Positions 40,733-51,721 of a DNA stretch of 64,000 nucleotides are shown piece by piece (positions within the stretch are counted from its first letter, which is position 1; each line of letters starts with the position of its first letter). This DNA is from an uncultured cyanobacterium. GTDB taxonomy: Bacteria > Cyanobacteriota > Cyanobacteriia > Cyanobacteriales > CAWUOF01. The stretch lies in NCBI GenBank assembly GCA_963744145.1, contig CAVUSO010000001.1, positions 2,912,001 to 2,976,000 of the forward strand. The letters run 5' to 3'. Below the pieces are notes generated by a model, which was not told where the DNA came from, did not search any database, and saw nothing but the letters and a program-made list of their open reading frames with translations. Position numbers and translations under genes: made by a program.

Positions 40733-41105
40733 CTATACTAGAAGAAATCAGGCAGTTCAAAACCAGGTTTGAGGTTTTGTAGATTTCCTCACCTAATCTT
40801 AACTGCCGGTGAATGCCTTATTTTAGCTAACTCATGTTGGCGATAATATCCTTATTTCATAGTTGTGCAACTATTTTGAAAAAAAAATTTACAAATCTAT
40901 CCGTATATATACTGAGGTAAGCACCACACCAGATCGCTTTAACCAGAAATAATCCGGGGAAATTTGGGAAAAACAATAATAGCAGGTCGAGCATCGGAAT
41001 TGTCAAATTAGAGGGTATATTTTGGGAAAAAAGCAATGTGAGCGGATCAAAACACCATTCCTAGATCCAGACATCACAAATGTAGCGCAAGCAAAAAGTA
41101 ACTTT

Positions 41106-42362
41106 ATGAAACATATTATGATTGGGTTGGTCTTAGTCGTAACGGGTTTGATGGTGATAATTAGCTCGGAAGTAGGTGGATTAAAAGCGGTCAGTCAACC
41201 AAGTCCAGCAGCTTCAGGAGAGTTAAAAGCTGACCTAGCAACGTTAGTAGATGGTAATAATACTTTTGCGATCGAACTTTATCACCAATTAGATGGGGAA
41301 AAAGGAAATATATTTTTTTCACCCCATAGTATTACCAGTGCGATCGCGATGACTGCTGCGGGTGCTAAAGGTGAGACCGCAGCTCAAATGAATAATATTA
41401 TCCATGTCAACCTAGATCAAGAACGTCTGACTCGAGTTTTTAGGGAATTAATGGCTAATCTGGAGGATAGTGACACCCAGAAAAATCGATTAACCATAGC
41501 AAATCGACTATGGAGTCAAAAAGGACTTACCTTGTTGGATTCTTTTGTGAAACTCACTACCGAAAAATATGGTACTCCCATCCAACAATTAGACTTTGAG
41601 GAATCTCCGGAAGCTGCTCGGATCACGATTAATAATTGGATCGCTAATCAAACTGAACAGAAAATTTTAAATTTCCTCCATCAAGGCATTATAGATAGCT
41701 TAACCAGGTTGGTATTAACTAATGCTATTTATTTTCAAGGGATCTGGTCTAGTCCTTTTGATTCTACCCAAACGATCCCAGAATTATTTACTCTTCCAGG
41801 AGGTAAACAAGTCCAGGTCCAGATGATGCACCAACAAAGTGGTAACATCTTTGGTTATGCGGCGATTGATGGGATGCAAATATTAGAAATGTGTTATGTT
41901 GGTGAGAAGTTATCGCTAGTTGTATTATTACCAGATGATGTAAATGGGCTCGGTCAGCTAGAAGAACAAATGACGCTAGAAAATCTGAAAAAGTGGCTAT
42001 CAAGTTTTTCCTATGATGAGCAAATTGCTGTCTCGATCCCTAAGTTCAATGTAAATACAGAGTTTGATTTGAAAAAAAAGCTTTCCCAACTGGGAATGTC
42101 TTTAGCGTTTACTACTGCTGCTGATTTTTCTGGGATTAATGGTCAAAAAGACCTATACATTTCCGCTGCAGTTCATGAAGCTTTTGTCAACGTCAATGAA
42201 AATGGTACTGAAGCTATAGCCAGTAGTGCTGTGATCGGCTCAACTAGAGGAGGTGGAAACTGGAAAATTTTTCGAGTTGATCATCCATTTATCTTTATTA
42301 TTCGCGATCGGGAATCTGGTACTATTTTGTTTCTTGGTCGTCTAGTCAATCCCTTAACATAA
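41106..42362 (+). CDS. Secreted serpin
   Basis: N-terminal hydrophobic segment, NIFFSP.SI, LVLTNAIYF.G.W, V.ENGTEA, F.VDHPF.F.IRD..SG.ILFLG. Confidence 0.93.
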   Translation: MKHIMIGLVLVVTGLMVIISSEVGGLKAVSQPSPAASGELKADLATLVDGNNTFAIELYHQLDGEKGNIFFSPHSITSAIAMTAAGAKGETAAQMNNIIHVNLDQERLTRVFRELMANLEDSDTQKNRLTIANRLWSQKGLTLLDSFVKLTTEKYGTPIQQLDFEESPEAARITINNWIANQTEQKILNFLHQGIIDSLTRLVLTNAIYFQGIWSSPFDSTQTIPELFTLPGGKQVQVQMMHQQSGNIFGYAAIDGMQILEMCYVGEKLSLVVLLPDDVNGLGQLEEQMTLENLKKWLSSFSYDEQIAVSIPKFNVNTEFDLKKKLSQLGMSLAFTTAADFSGINGQKDLYISAAVHEAFVNVNENGTEAIASSAVIGSTRGGGNWKIFRVDHPFIFIIRDRESGTILFLGRLVNPLT

Positions 42363-42425
42363 TTTTAAATCTTACCATTGATTTCCTGCCCAATATGGAG
42401 CCTAATCAAAACTGATTTTAATTAG

Positions 42426-43025
42426 TTATTTTTTCGACCAAAAATCTGTAACTTCATAACCTAAATCCTGAAGCATTTGCCGGAATAGAGGTAAACTCAG
42501 ACCAATCACATTACTGTGACAACCGCTAATTTTTTCGATGAATAAACCTCCTTGACCTTCTAGAGCAAAACATCCAGCACAGTTAAGAGGTTCACCTGTA
42601 TGGACATAAGCTGCAATTTCCTGATCGCTAATCGGGGCAAAATTTACCTCAGTAACTTGATATTTCACCAAAGTTTGTGATTTGGATAAGTCAATTAAAG
42701 CATGACCAGTATAGAGTTGACCGATTTTGCCCCTGAGCCGATACCACCTGGCGATCGCGTCATCATGGTCAATGGGTTTACCATGAATTTCGCCATCAAC
42801 GACTAAAATTGAATCACATCCTATAATTAAACCAGTTTGTAAGCGATTAGCTACGGTTTGTGCTTTATTACGGGCTAAAGTTTGCACTAATTCGATCGGA
42901 TCACTGATTTTAATTTGAGATTCATCGAAATCACTTGGAGCAACAATTGGTTCAATTCCAGCATTTTGTAATAAGCGTAGACGAGCACCAGAAGCAGAAG
43001 CAAGGATTAGGTGTGGAATGTGCAT
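42426..43025 (-). CDS. maf: Maf nucleotide pyrophosphatase
   Basis: ILASAS..R, GCDS, GKP, GEP..CAG, SNVIGL. Confidence 0.93.
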   Translation of the reverse strand: MHIPHLILASASGARLRLLQNAGIEPIVAPSDFDESQIKISDPIELVQTLARNKAQTVANRLQTGLIIGCDSILVVDGEIHGKPIDHDDAIARWYRLRGKIGQLYTGHALIDLSKSQTLVKYQVTEVNFAPISDQEIAAYVHTGEPLNCAGCFALEGQGGLFIEKISGCHSNVIGLSLPLFRQMLQDLGYEVTDFWSKK

Positions 43026-43221
43026 AAGAAATACCAGGGATGTGGGAAATTCAGACAGTCCATCCAACCAACTGTTCCTTGATTAGATAGTGGATCTGCG
43101 TGAGCATAATGATTCGCTATCTATCCTTAACACTTGGGTTGTTCGAGGATCTATTAAATTTTATGACAAAATCCGCGATCGCACACCATCAATTTAGAGC
43201 CTGTATAATAACCATAAAGAA

Positions 43222-43410
43222 AGGGCGGGTTGATCAAGGTGAACGGTAATCAACAAAATTGATCGTTGAATCCGCCCCGACAAATTTAATTAAATTTTAA
43301 TTCAATATTTGACGCTAAATTTCATTGCATATTTTCCAAGAATTGTAGGGGCGGGTTCACCGAAATTTTTGATATTTACCAATCAATAATAAAAACCCGC
43401 CCACCCCCAC
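43222..43410. repeat. Pair of GTAGGGGCGGGTT-type REP hairpins
   Basis: AGGGCGGGTT..AATCCGCCCCGAC and GTAGGGGCGGGTT..AACCCGCCC. Confidence 0.65.
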
Positions 43411-43568
43411 AGATCAATCACAAATTAATTACATTTAATGATTCACACCAGGAGAACAGATTAATCTAGATTAATGATCATAAAATAGCGATCGCCTCTA
43501 TTAAGACGGCTAGATCATGGCGATCAAATTATTTTATATAGTTAATCTATTTGATTCATAAATGGCCG

Positions 43569-43688
43569 AGGGCAAAGCATTCCGGTCATAGCTTTCTGCC
43601 CTTCGACTACGCCCTTCGACTACGCTCAGGGAACGCTCAGGGCAAGCATTTAGACCATCATTGATCTGCCGGAATGCTTTGCCCCTAC
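43569..43688. repeat. REP hairpin B carrying a self-nested 24-nt element (43599-43646)
   Basis: AGGGCAAAGCATTCCGG..CCGGAATGCTTTGCCCCTAC; loop contains CCCTTCGACTACG[CCCTTCGACTACGCTCAGGGAACG]CTCAGGGCAAG. Confidence 0.85.
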
Positions 43689-43880
43689 GAATCCGGACAA
43701 AATTCTGGCTTAAAATTGTACTGAACCCAAGCAAATATTTGTGAAGAAAAAGTAATTTATGTCTATGCTTTATAAAAGTTGCGATCGCCATCGTGTCTGG
43801 TATGTAATAGCGATTTAATTGCTCATCAAAATCATGCTCCCCTCGCCTTGTAGGAGAGGGGTTGGGGTAGAGGTCAAAAA

Positions 43881-44798
43881 TCAAATCACATGATCAGGAG
43901 CTAAAGCACAAGGATGATGAGGATCACCTGTTTCTATTTGCAAAGTTGAGTGATCAATATCAAATCGATCATGCAATTCATGACATACCTTAGCTAAAAA
44001 AGCATCACCAGGGCTACCATTTGGGATAACTAAATGAGCAGTGAGAGCAGTTTCCGTGGTACTCATCCCCCAGATATGCAAATCGTGAACTTCCTCAACC
44101 CCAGGTAGCTCACTTAAATAAGTACGAACTGCTCTTAGTTCTATTCCTATCGGTACACCATCAACCGCAAGATGAAAAGCATCAAGCAAAAGTTGCCAGG
44201 TACTAATTACCACAAAAACAACAATTACTAAACTAATTGCTGGATCAAACCACAGCCAATGAGTCACCAGAATAGCGATTCCCGCTAAAACCACACCAAA
44301 AGATATTAAAGCATCTCCTGCCATGTGCAGAAAAGCACTGCGAATATTTAAGTCCCGGTCTTTACCAGAGACAAACATCAGGGCTGTAATCGTATTAATG
44401 ATAATACCAACCACAGCCACTGCAATGACGATCCCACCAGGTACGGGTTGGGGATCACTAAAACTCCGAATTGCTTCCCAACCGATTCCACCTAAAGCTA
44501 ACAATAAAAATATCCCATTGAGCAAAGCTGCTAAAATTGAGGAACGACGCATTCCATAAGTATAACGTTGAGTAGGACGCCGACGTGACAGGATGCTCGC
44601 TGTCCACGCAAGTAATAAACCCAGAATATCACTAAGATTATGACCCGCATCCGCTAACAGTGCCAAAGAGTGGATCAAAAAACCATAAACAGTTTCCAGA
44701 ATGACAAATCCGACATTCAAAACCATACCAACTATAAAAGCACGGTTATAATTAGCTGGTTCGTGATCATGTCCGTGATGGTGGTGATGAGAAGACAT
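43881..44798 (-). CDS. CDF family Zn/Co/Cd efflux transporter (CzcD/ZitB-like)
   Basis: His-rich N-terminus, SLALLADAGHNLSD, N.RSAFLH..D, VHDLHIW, HSTLQIE. Confidence 0.93.
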   Translation of the reverse strand: MSSHHHHHGHDHEPANYNRAFIVGMVLNVGFVILETVYGFLIHSLALLADAGHNLSDILGLLLAWTASILSRRRPTQRYTYGMRRSSILAALLNGIFLLLALGGIGWEAIRSFSDPQPVPGGIVIAVAVVGIIINTITALMFVSGKDRDLNIRSAFLHMAGDALISFGVVLAGIAILVTHWLWFDPAISLVIVVFVVISTWQLLLDAFHLAVDGVPIGIELRAVRTYLSELPGVEEVHDLHIWGMSTTETALTAHLVIPNGSPGDAFLAKVCHELHDRFDIDHSTLQIETGDPHHPCALAPDHVI

Positions 44799-44889
44799 AA
44801 AATTAAAGAAAAATGAAAAAAATAACTAAAATGTTAGTCTAACATAAACAATATCATGTTCCTGAACATCGGGTTTAATTAAATCTCTG

Positions 44890-46773
44890 ATGCAAAAATT
44901 AGCTGTTTTCTTTGGCTGGATTAACGGAATTGGGATCAGTCTCGCGATCGCTAATCATGCTGGGGCAGAACCAATTATGAGTGATGGCACTTTATCGACC
45001 AAAGTGACATCTGCGGATCATCTAAACTTTACCATTAGCAATGGTAATCAAGTCGGGAATAATTTATTTCACAGCTTTAGCCAATTTTCCATTCCTACTG
45101 GTGGTTCGGTTATTTTTAATAATCTCCCCAATATTGAAAATGTAATTAGTCGAGTCACTGGTAACTCCATTTCTCAAATCGATGGCTTAATCCGTAACAA
45201 CACGAATGCTAATCTATTTTTAATTAATCCTAATGGAATTATTTTTGGTCCAAATGCTAGTTTAAATATCAATGGCTCCTTGATCGTTTCTACCGCTAAT
45301 GGGATCAAGTTTGCAGATGGGAGTGAATTCAAAACAACCATAGTTAATCCAGCTCCCTTACTAACCATGAGTATTCCGATCGGACTCCAATATACCAGTA
45401 GAGGAGCAACCATAGCAGTGCAAGGAGCTAAGTTAGCAGTTAATTCGGGTAAGAGCTTAATTTTAGTTGGTGGTGCTCAAACCTTTCAAGGTGCAAACTT
45501 GAGCGCACCACAAGGAATAATAGAACTTGGTAGTATTGCTAGTGCTGGTTTGGTTAGCTTAAATCCAACTGGAACAACTTGGAACTTAAGTTATGAAAAT
45601 ATTCCAGATTTTGGTAATATTGACATTGGTCAGGGAACGTTTATTAATACCAGTGGTAATGGTGGTGGAAGTGTCCAAATTCAATCCCGATCGCTAAGAC
45701 TAAGTGGAGGTTCTCGAATTACTAATTTTACTTTAGGAACCCAAGCAGGAGGAAATATTACCATAAATGCTGCTGATACGGTAGAAATAGATGGAACAGG
45801 AACCTATCCCAAAGACTTCCTGAATTTTTTATCGGGAACAGTAACACCAACTAATATTTCCAACGGATTACTTAATCTAACTTTCAATTCTGGTGCAGCC
45901 GGAGATATAAATATTAATACTGCCAATTTTCTTGCCAATAATGGAGCATTTGTAGCAACTTCTACTTTAGGAGCAGGTAAAGGGGGAAATATTACCCTGA
46001 ATGCTAATAATCGGTTCAACCTAAATTCTTCCGCTTTAATTACTGGGGCTATTAATCAAGGAGATGCAGGAAATGCTGGGAATATTAAGATTAAAGCTGG
46101 TTCAGTCCAGCTCAACAATTATGGCAAAATAGCAGGTAGAAATATTCAGATTTACGGTGAATTTTTGCAATTAAATAATAACAGTCTGATCTCCGCAGAA
46201 GCTGGTAATCTGAATATAAATACAACTACATTTGTGGCTTTACAAGATAGTAATATTAGTGCTAATAATTTTTTAGGTATGGGTGGAAATATCGACATCA
46301 ATACCCAAGGTTATTTTGTTGCTCTAGATAGTGGTGTTAATGCTAGTTCTCAGTTAGGGATTAGTGGTGCAGTTAAGATAAATACATCATTTATAGACCG
46401 TAATAAAGCATTTACAATTATTCCAAAACGAGCATTTAATAGTGAAAAATTGGTAGTTCGAGATTGTGTCATAGGTAGCAAACCAAACATTAGTAAGTTA
46501 ATCCTCAGTGGAAGAGGTGGATTACCTCTTAACCCGGAAGGAATACTCACTAATGATTTGGTGTTGACCGACTTAAATCCAGTACCAGTTCAGAGTGAAA
46601 GTAAATCAGCTCAAACTTCTTCTCCACCCCAAATTCAGTTATCTGATCATTCTTTAGTAGAAGCACAAGGATGGAGCATTAATGCTGAGGGTAAAGTTAT
46701 CCTGACAACTACTCCACCGAATATTACGCTAGAAAGTTCTGGATTTGCACCCCCAGGTTGCCAACCACTTTAA
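44890..46773 (+). CDS. Filamentous haemagglutinin N-terminal domain protein
   Basis: NLFHSFSQF, NLFLINPNGIIFG, SGRGGLP, EAQGW. Confidence 0.9.
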   Translation: MQKLAVFFGWINGIGISLAIANHAGAEPIMSDGTLSTKVTSADHLNFTISNGNQVGNNLFHSFSQFSIPTGGSVIFNNLPNIENVISRVTGNSISQIDGLIRNNTNANLFLINPNGIIFGPNASLNINGSLIVSTANGIKFADGSEFKTTIVNPAPLLTMSIPIGLQYTSRGATIAVQGAKLAVNSGKSLILVGGAQTFQGANLSAPQGIIELGSIASAGLVSLNPTGTTWNLSYENIPDFGNIDIGQGTFINTSGNGGGSVQIQSRSLRLSGGSRITNFTLGTQAGGNITINAADTVEIDGTGTYPKDFLNFLSGTVTPTNISNGLLNLTFNSGAAGDININTANFLANNGAFVATSTLGAGKGGNITLNANNRFNLNSSALITGAINQGDAGNAGNIKIKAGSVQLNNYGKIAGRNIQIYGEFLQLNNNSLISAEAGNLNINTTTFVALQDSNISANNFLGMGGNIDINTQGYFVALDSGVNASSQLGISGAVKINTSFIDRNKAFTIIPKRAFNSEKLVVRDCVIGSKPNISKLILSGRGGLPLNPEGILTNDLVLTDLNPVPVQSESKSAQTSSPPQIQLSDHSLVEAQGWSINAEGKVILTTTPPNITLESSGFAPPGCQPL

Positions 46774-46787
46774 AAGTAGCTCATGAT

Positions 46788-49403
46788 ATGAAATCTAAAT
46801 GGTTGAATAAAACTTATGATCACGCGATCGCTTTCCTCCTCTGGATCTGTCTCGGTCTAATTTTAACCCTATTTTGTTTAAATCAAAAAATCCTACCAGT
46901 TATTGCTCAAACTTCTTTAATGGTTCAGACTGAAATTGAGCCAAGTCAAATCGAACCACAAGCTGATCAATTATACAGTTCTGGACAGTTTAATCAAGCT
47001 ATCAAGATTTGGCAACAAGTTTTTCAGCTTTACCAAACTAGAAAAGATATCTTAAATCAAGCAAGAGTCTTGAATAATCTCTCCCTAGCTTATCAACAGC
47101 TCGGACAATGGTCTTTAGCTAAAGATGCGATCGCCCAAAGTTTGGAATTATTACAAACATCCCATCTCAGTAATTCTCAAGCACAATTGGATATTCAAGC
47201 TCAAGCTTTAAATAATCAAGGTAGTTTATTGATGGCGATCGGTCAAACTGAATCAGCATTTTTAGTATGGCAGCAAACTACTACGATCTACACTAAAGCT
47301 GGAGATGATCATGGCAAAATTCGGAGTTTAATTAACCAATCCCAAGCTTTAAAAGCTTTAGGAATGTATCAGCGATCGCTAACTGTGATTAATGAAGCTA
47401 AACAATTACTTGACCAACAACCAGATACTCTTCTCAAAGTAGTAGGATTAAATAGTCTGGGTAATACCTGGCGTCTCATTGGAGATTTTCAGCAATCTCA
47501 ACAAATATTACAGCAAAGTTTAAGGATAGCAGAACAACTCAAATCGAGCCAAGAATTAGCATTAGTATTATTGAGTTTAGGTAATACAAATCGCAGTCAA
47601 CAAAATTATCAATTAGCTTTAGATTTTTATCAACGAGCAGCCAGCATTTCCCCAGATAAAATTACACAAATCCAAGCTCAATTAAATCAACTTAGTCTCT
47701 TGGTGGAAACTCAACAATGGTTAGATGCTAACTTATTATGGCCGCAAATTCAACCCCAAATTGGTAATTTACCTCCGAGTCAAGCAGGGATTTATGCTCA
47801 AATTAACTTTGCTCGTAGTTTAATCAAACTAAAACAAGCGGTTAAGATTGATCTCGATTGGTCAATAATTGCCCAGATCGTAGCTGAAAGTCTCCAACAA
47901 GCTAAAAGTTTGGGAGATGAGCGATCGCAATCTTATGCTCTGGGGATTTTAGCTGAGGTATATACCCAAACCCAGCAATGGTCGATCGCCCAAGATTTAA
48001 CTCAGCAAGCATTATTATTAGCTCAATCTATAAATGCTACAGATATTGCTTATCGGTGGCAATGGCAATTAGGAAAATTGTTAAAAACCCAAGGATATCT
48101 GCAAGAAGCGCTCAGTGCTTATCATCAAGCAGTCAATACTCTCAAATCATTACGGAGCGATTTAGCTACTACTAATCAAGATATTCAGTTTTCTTTTAAA
48201 GAAAGTGTCGAACCTGTATATCGAGAATTTGTGAGTTTACTTTTACAACCTTCCTTAAGACCTACTCAACAAAACCTGCTCCAAGCTCGTAACCTGCTGG
48301 AATCATTGCAACTAGCTGAACTAGATAACTTTTTTCAAGCATCCTGTTTAGAAACCAAAACAGTTCAGATTGAGCAGGTAGATCCACAAACAGCAGTAAT
48401 TTATCCGATTATCTTAGCCGATCGATTAGAATTAATTGTCAGTTTACCAAACCAGCCGCTCCATCACTATACAACCGTTTTACCTCAAATAGAAATAGAC
48501 AATGTAGTCGAAAAATTCCGTCGAGATTTAATCATACCTAGCCATCGTGGTATCAGCCATTTTTCTCAGCAATTATATAACTGGTTGATTCGTCCGATCG
48601 AACCTGACTTCGCTAATAGTGATATTAAAACTTTAGTATTTGTTTTAGATGGGGTACTACGAAATATTCCGATGGCAGCTTTGCATGATGGGAAACAATA
48701 TCTGATTGAAAAATATAGTATTGCTTTGGCACCTGGGTTACAATTAATCGATCCTAAAAAATTACCACGAAACCATCTCCGGGTACTTATTGCTGGACTA
48801 ACTCAAGCTCGTTCTGGTTTTCCAGCTTTAGAAAATGTAGCACAGGAACTAAAAGCAATCAAGTCGAAAATTCCCACCAGTAAAGTTTTACTAGATCAGG
48901 ATTTTACGAGCGCAAACTTGCAATCAGAAATAAAATCTAACTTTTTCCCGATCGTCCATATAGCTACCCACGGTCAATTTAGCTCAATCGCAGCAGAGAC
49001 TTTTATTTTAGCTTGGGATCATCGGATTGGGGTGGAACAGTTGGATCAGTTGTTACAATTGGGTGAAAAAGATCAACAACAAGCGATCGAATTACTAGTC
49101 TTGAGTGCTTGTGAAACCGCCACAGGGGACAAACGAGCTGCGTTGGGGATTGCGGGTATGGCTATTCGTTCTGGAGCTCGCAGTACATTAGCCACACTCT
49201 GGGCTATCAGTGATGAAGCTACCTTGAAACTAATGGATAATTTTTACCAACAGTTAACTAAAACTAAAGATAATAGTCAACTAGATGCTCATCTCACCAA
49301 AGCTGAAGCATTGCGTCGGGCACAATTATCCCTACTACACAATCCCCGATATCAACATCCGATTTATTGGGCACCTTTTATTTTAGTTGGTAATTGGCTT
49401 TAA
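46788..49403 (+). CDS. TPR + CHAT (caspase-like) domain protein
   Basis: TPRs, HIATHG and LSACET dyad, HPIYWAPFILVGNWL. Confidence 0.92.
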   Translation: MKSKWLNKTYDHAIAFLLWICLGLILTLFCLNQKILPVIAQTSLMVQTEIEPSQIEPQADQLYSSGQFNQAIKIWQQVFQLYQTRKDILNQARVLNNLSLAYQQLGQWSLAKDAIAQSLELLQTSHLSNSQAQLDIQAQALNNQGSLLMAIGQTESAFLVWQQTTTIYTKAGDDHGKIRSLINQSQALKALGMYQRSLTVINEAKQLLDQQPDTLLKVVGLNSLGNTWRLIGDFQQSQQILQQSLRIAEQLKSSQELALVLLSLGNTNRSQQNYQLALDFYQRAASISPDKITQIQAQLNQLSLLVETQQWLDANLLWPQIQPQIGNLPPSQAGIYAQINFARSLIKLKQAVKIDLDWSIIAQIVAESLQQAKSLGDERSQSYALGILAEVYTQTQQWSIAQDLTQQALLLAQSINATDIAYRWQWQLGKLLKTQGYLQEALSAYHQAVNTLKSLRSDLATTNQDIQFSFKESVEPVYREFVSLLLQPSLRPTQQNLLQARNLLESLQLAELDNFFQASCLETKTVQIEQVDPQTAVIYPIILADRLELIVSLPNQPLHHYTTVLPQIEIDNVVEKFRRDLIIPSHRGISHFSQQLYNWLIRPIEPDFANSDIKTLVFVLDGVLRNIPMAALHDGKQYLIEKYSIALAPGLQLIDPKKLPRNHLRVLIAGLTQARSGFPALENVAQELKAIKSKIPTSKVLLDQDFTSANLQSEIKSNFFPIVHIATHGQFSSIAAETFILAWDHRIGVEQLDQLLQLGEKDQQQAIELLVLSACETATGDKRAALGIAGMAIRSGARSTLATLWAISDEATLKLMDNFYQQLTKTKDNSQLDAHLTKAEALRRAQLSLLHNPRYQHPIYWAPFILVGNWL

Positions 49404-49426
49404 AATCAGCGATCGGCAAAAAAAAA

Positions 49427-51721
49427 TCAATTAGATTGATGTTGAAACTCTTTGGTCAACAATAGTTGCACATCTTCAGGATTGAGAGGTTTAGAAAAAA
49501 AGTATCCTTGCCCCTGTCCATTTATACAGCCCATTTCCCGCAATTTTTGGAGTTGAACATCGGTTTCTACTCCTTCGGCAACTATATATATCCCTAAATT
49601 TTGAGCTAGCGCGACGATCGTTTTGATAATTTCTAAATTTTCTCCAGTAGTATCAATTTTCCTAATAAAAGAAGTATCAATTTTCAAAGCATCAAAGGGA
49701 AAACGATGGATGAAACTAAGCGATGAATATCCCGTGCCAAAATCATCTATATAAAGCTGAATACCGAGATTTTTTAACTGGATAATTGTCTGAGCCGCCG
49801 ATTCGATATTTTCCATGATTGCGCTTTCCGTAATTTCCAATTTCAAACTTTGCGGATTAAGTTTAGTTTCCGCCAAAATTTTGATAATTTCTGGGATTAA
49901 ATCTGCTTGAAAAAACTGTTTGCTAGAAAGATTGACATTAATGCTTAAGGGGGAACTAAATGGAAATAATTCTTGCCATCTATACATTTGACGACAAGCT
50001 TCGTGCATGATCCAGTAACCCAGAGGAACAATTAATCCGGTTTCTTCCGCAAAGGGAATAAATTCGGTTGGTGAAACATTACCTCGATGAGAATGTTGCC
50101 AGCGAATTAGGGCTTCAAATCCAGTAATTGCACCAGTTGCTAAAGAGACTATGGGCTGATATTCAAGTTGAAATTCGCTATTATTGATCGCTCTTTGTAA
50201 GTCATTTTTAAGCTGCAAAACTGTGACTGCTTGAAAATTCATTGATGGATCGAAAACTTGGTAACAAGCTTTACCAAGCGATTTAGCCCGATACATGGCT
50301 ATATCTGCATCTCTGAGAATTTCCTCGGGTTTTTTATAATCACCTGTACTCAAAACTATGCCAATACTAACAGAAGTTAATAATTCGTGATTGTTAATGT
50401 GAAAAGGTGATTGTAATTGAGCTTGAATTCGGTCAGCCACAAGCGTAGTGTCACTGACATAATTGATATCTTCCAGCAAAATGGCAAACTCATCTCCACC
50501 TAAACGGGCTAGGGTATCTCCAGAACGTAAACAAGGTATCAATCTTTGCACAACTTCGATCAATAGTTGATCTCCTGTTTGGTGTCCGAATTTGTCATTG
50601 ATACTTTTAAATCGATCTAGGTCAAGAAATAAAACGGCAAATAAATAATTTTGTCGTCGTTTCGTGAGCTGAAAAGCGTGTTTGAGCCGATCCATAAACA
50701 AGGCTCGATTTGATAATCCCGTGAGACAATCATGAAAAGCATCATGCAGTAATTGTTCTTCGGCTACTTTATATTTAGTAATGTCTGTATTGGCACCAGC
50801 TAAATGATGAATTTGCTGGTTTTTATCGCGGAATGCTTGACCTCTACTCATGATCCAGCGATAGGTTCCGTCTTTGTGTAATAGACGATATTCAATTTCT
50901 AAATAAGGGGTAATTTGGTTGAAATGATTGCCAATTTCGGCCTGAAGTCGGCTCAGATCTTCCGGATGAACTCGACTTAACCATTCTACTAGGCTATTGC
51001 CGATTTCTGCTGCTGTGTAGCCTAGCATGGTTTTCCAACGCTCGGAAAAATAAATGGTATTGGTTTGCAGATCCCAATCCCACAGCCCATCTTGATTAGC
51101 GATCGCTAGTCGGGCATAATTTTCTGCATCCTGAACGCTATTGCTGTCTGGATGTATTTCTAAGGAACTATCGGTATTTGATAAATGAACTGCCATATTT
51201 CCTGCTGCTACCATCGTAGCTGTGCGATTCAGCTTGGCTAAACCTTGTAATACAGCCCAATAGAAGATCAATGCGATCACACCAATATAGATTAGTTGAC
51301 CCGATTGTGGTGTAACCGCTGTGTTTTGAGTCAGTAGGATGGGGGTAGGTAAAGGGAATTTTAAGCTTTTATTAAGGTATTGAGGTAATGGGGATGTAAC
51401 CGGAAATTGAGCTGGGACTAGGTAAGGGACATGGGAGAGGTCGCTAGGATATAAATAATTATAGTCATGATCGAGCTTGGCAATGCCTTTGCTTTCACTG
51501 AGTGTAGATAGGGTAGCAGTAAACGCTATAATGATCATACCCAGTTTCACTGCCTCTGACAACCCCTGTTTGCCTAGGTTTTGCTGGCGATCGCCATTGC
51601 CTATTCGGGATCTGCTCAGAAAAGATAAATTCAGTATTAGCTGTTCTTTGATCAGTTGTCTTTTCCATAGTGAAAGCATTTTTTCTGCTTTGCTATTAAT
51701 CTGTTTTATCATCTCTTTCAT
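49427..51721 (-). CDS. PAS-GGDEF-EAL c-di-GMP enzyme
   Basis: DGLWDWD PAS, RLGGDEF, GFEAL, DDFGTGYSSL. Confidence 0.93.
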   Translation of the reverse strand: MKEMIKQINSKAEKMLSLWKRQLIKEQLILNLSFLSRSRIGNGDRQQNLGKQGLSEAVKLGMIIIAFTATLSTLSESKGIAKLDHDYNYLYPSDLSHVPYLVPAQFPVTSPLPQYLNKSLKFPLPTPILLTQNTAVTPQSGQLIYIGVIALIFYWAVLQGLAKLNRTATMVAAGNMAVHLSNTDSSLEIHPDSNSVQDAENYARLAIANQDGLWDWDLQTNTIYFSERWKTMLGYTAAEIGNSLVEWLSRVHPEDLSRLQAEIGNHFNQITPYLEIEYRLLHKDGTYRWIMSRGQAFRDKNQQIHHLAGANTDITKYKVAEEQLLHDAFHDCLTGLSNRALFMDRLKHAFQLTKRRQNYLFAVLFLDLDRFKSINDKFGHQTGDQLLIEVVQRLIPCLRSGDTLARLGGDEFAILLEDINYVSDTTLVADRIQAQLQSPFHINNHELLTSVSIGIVLSTGDYKKPEEILRDADIAMYRAKSLGKACYQVFDPSMNFQAVTVLQLKNDLQRAINNSEFQLEYQPIVSLATGAITGFEALIRWQHSHRGNVSPTEFIPFAEETGLIVPLGYWIMHEACRQMYRWQELFPFSSPLSINVNLSSKQFFQADLIPEIIKILAETKLNPQSLKLEITESAIMENIESAAQTIIQLKNLGIQLYIDDFGTGYSSLSFIHRFPFDALKIDTSFIRKIDTTGENLEIIKTIVALAQNLGIYIVAEGVETDVQLQKLREMGCINGQGQGYFFSKPLNPEDVQLLLTKEFQHQSN

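Noticed and set aside
43534..43884. 116-aa ORF
   Set aside because: Reads through REP and mini-element repeats; no coding signal
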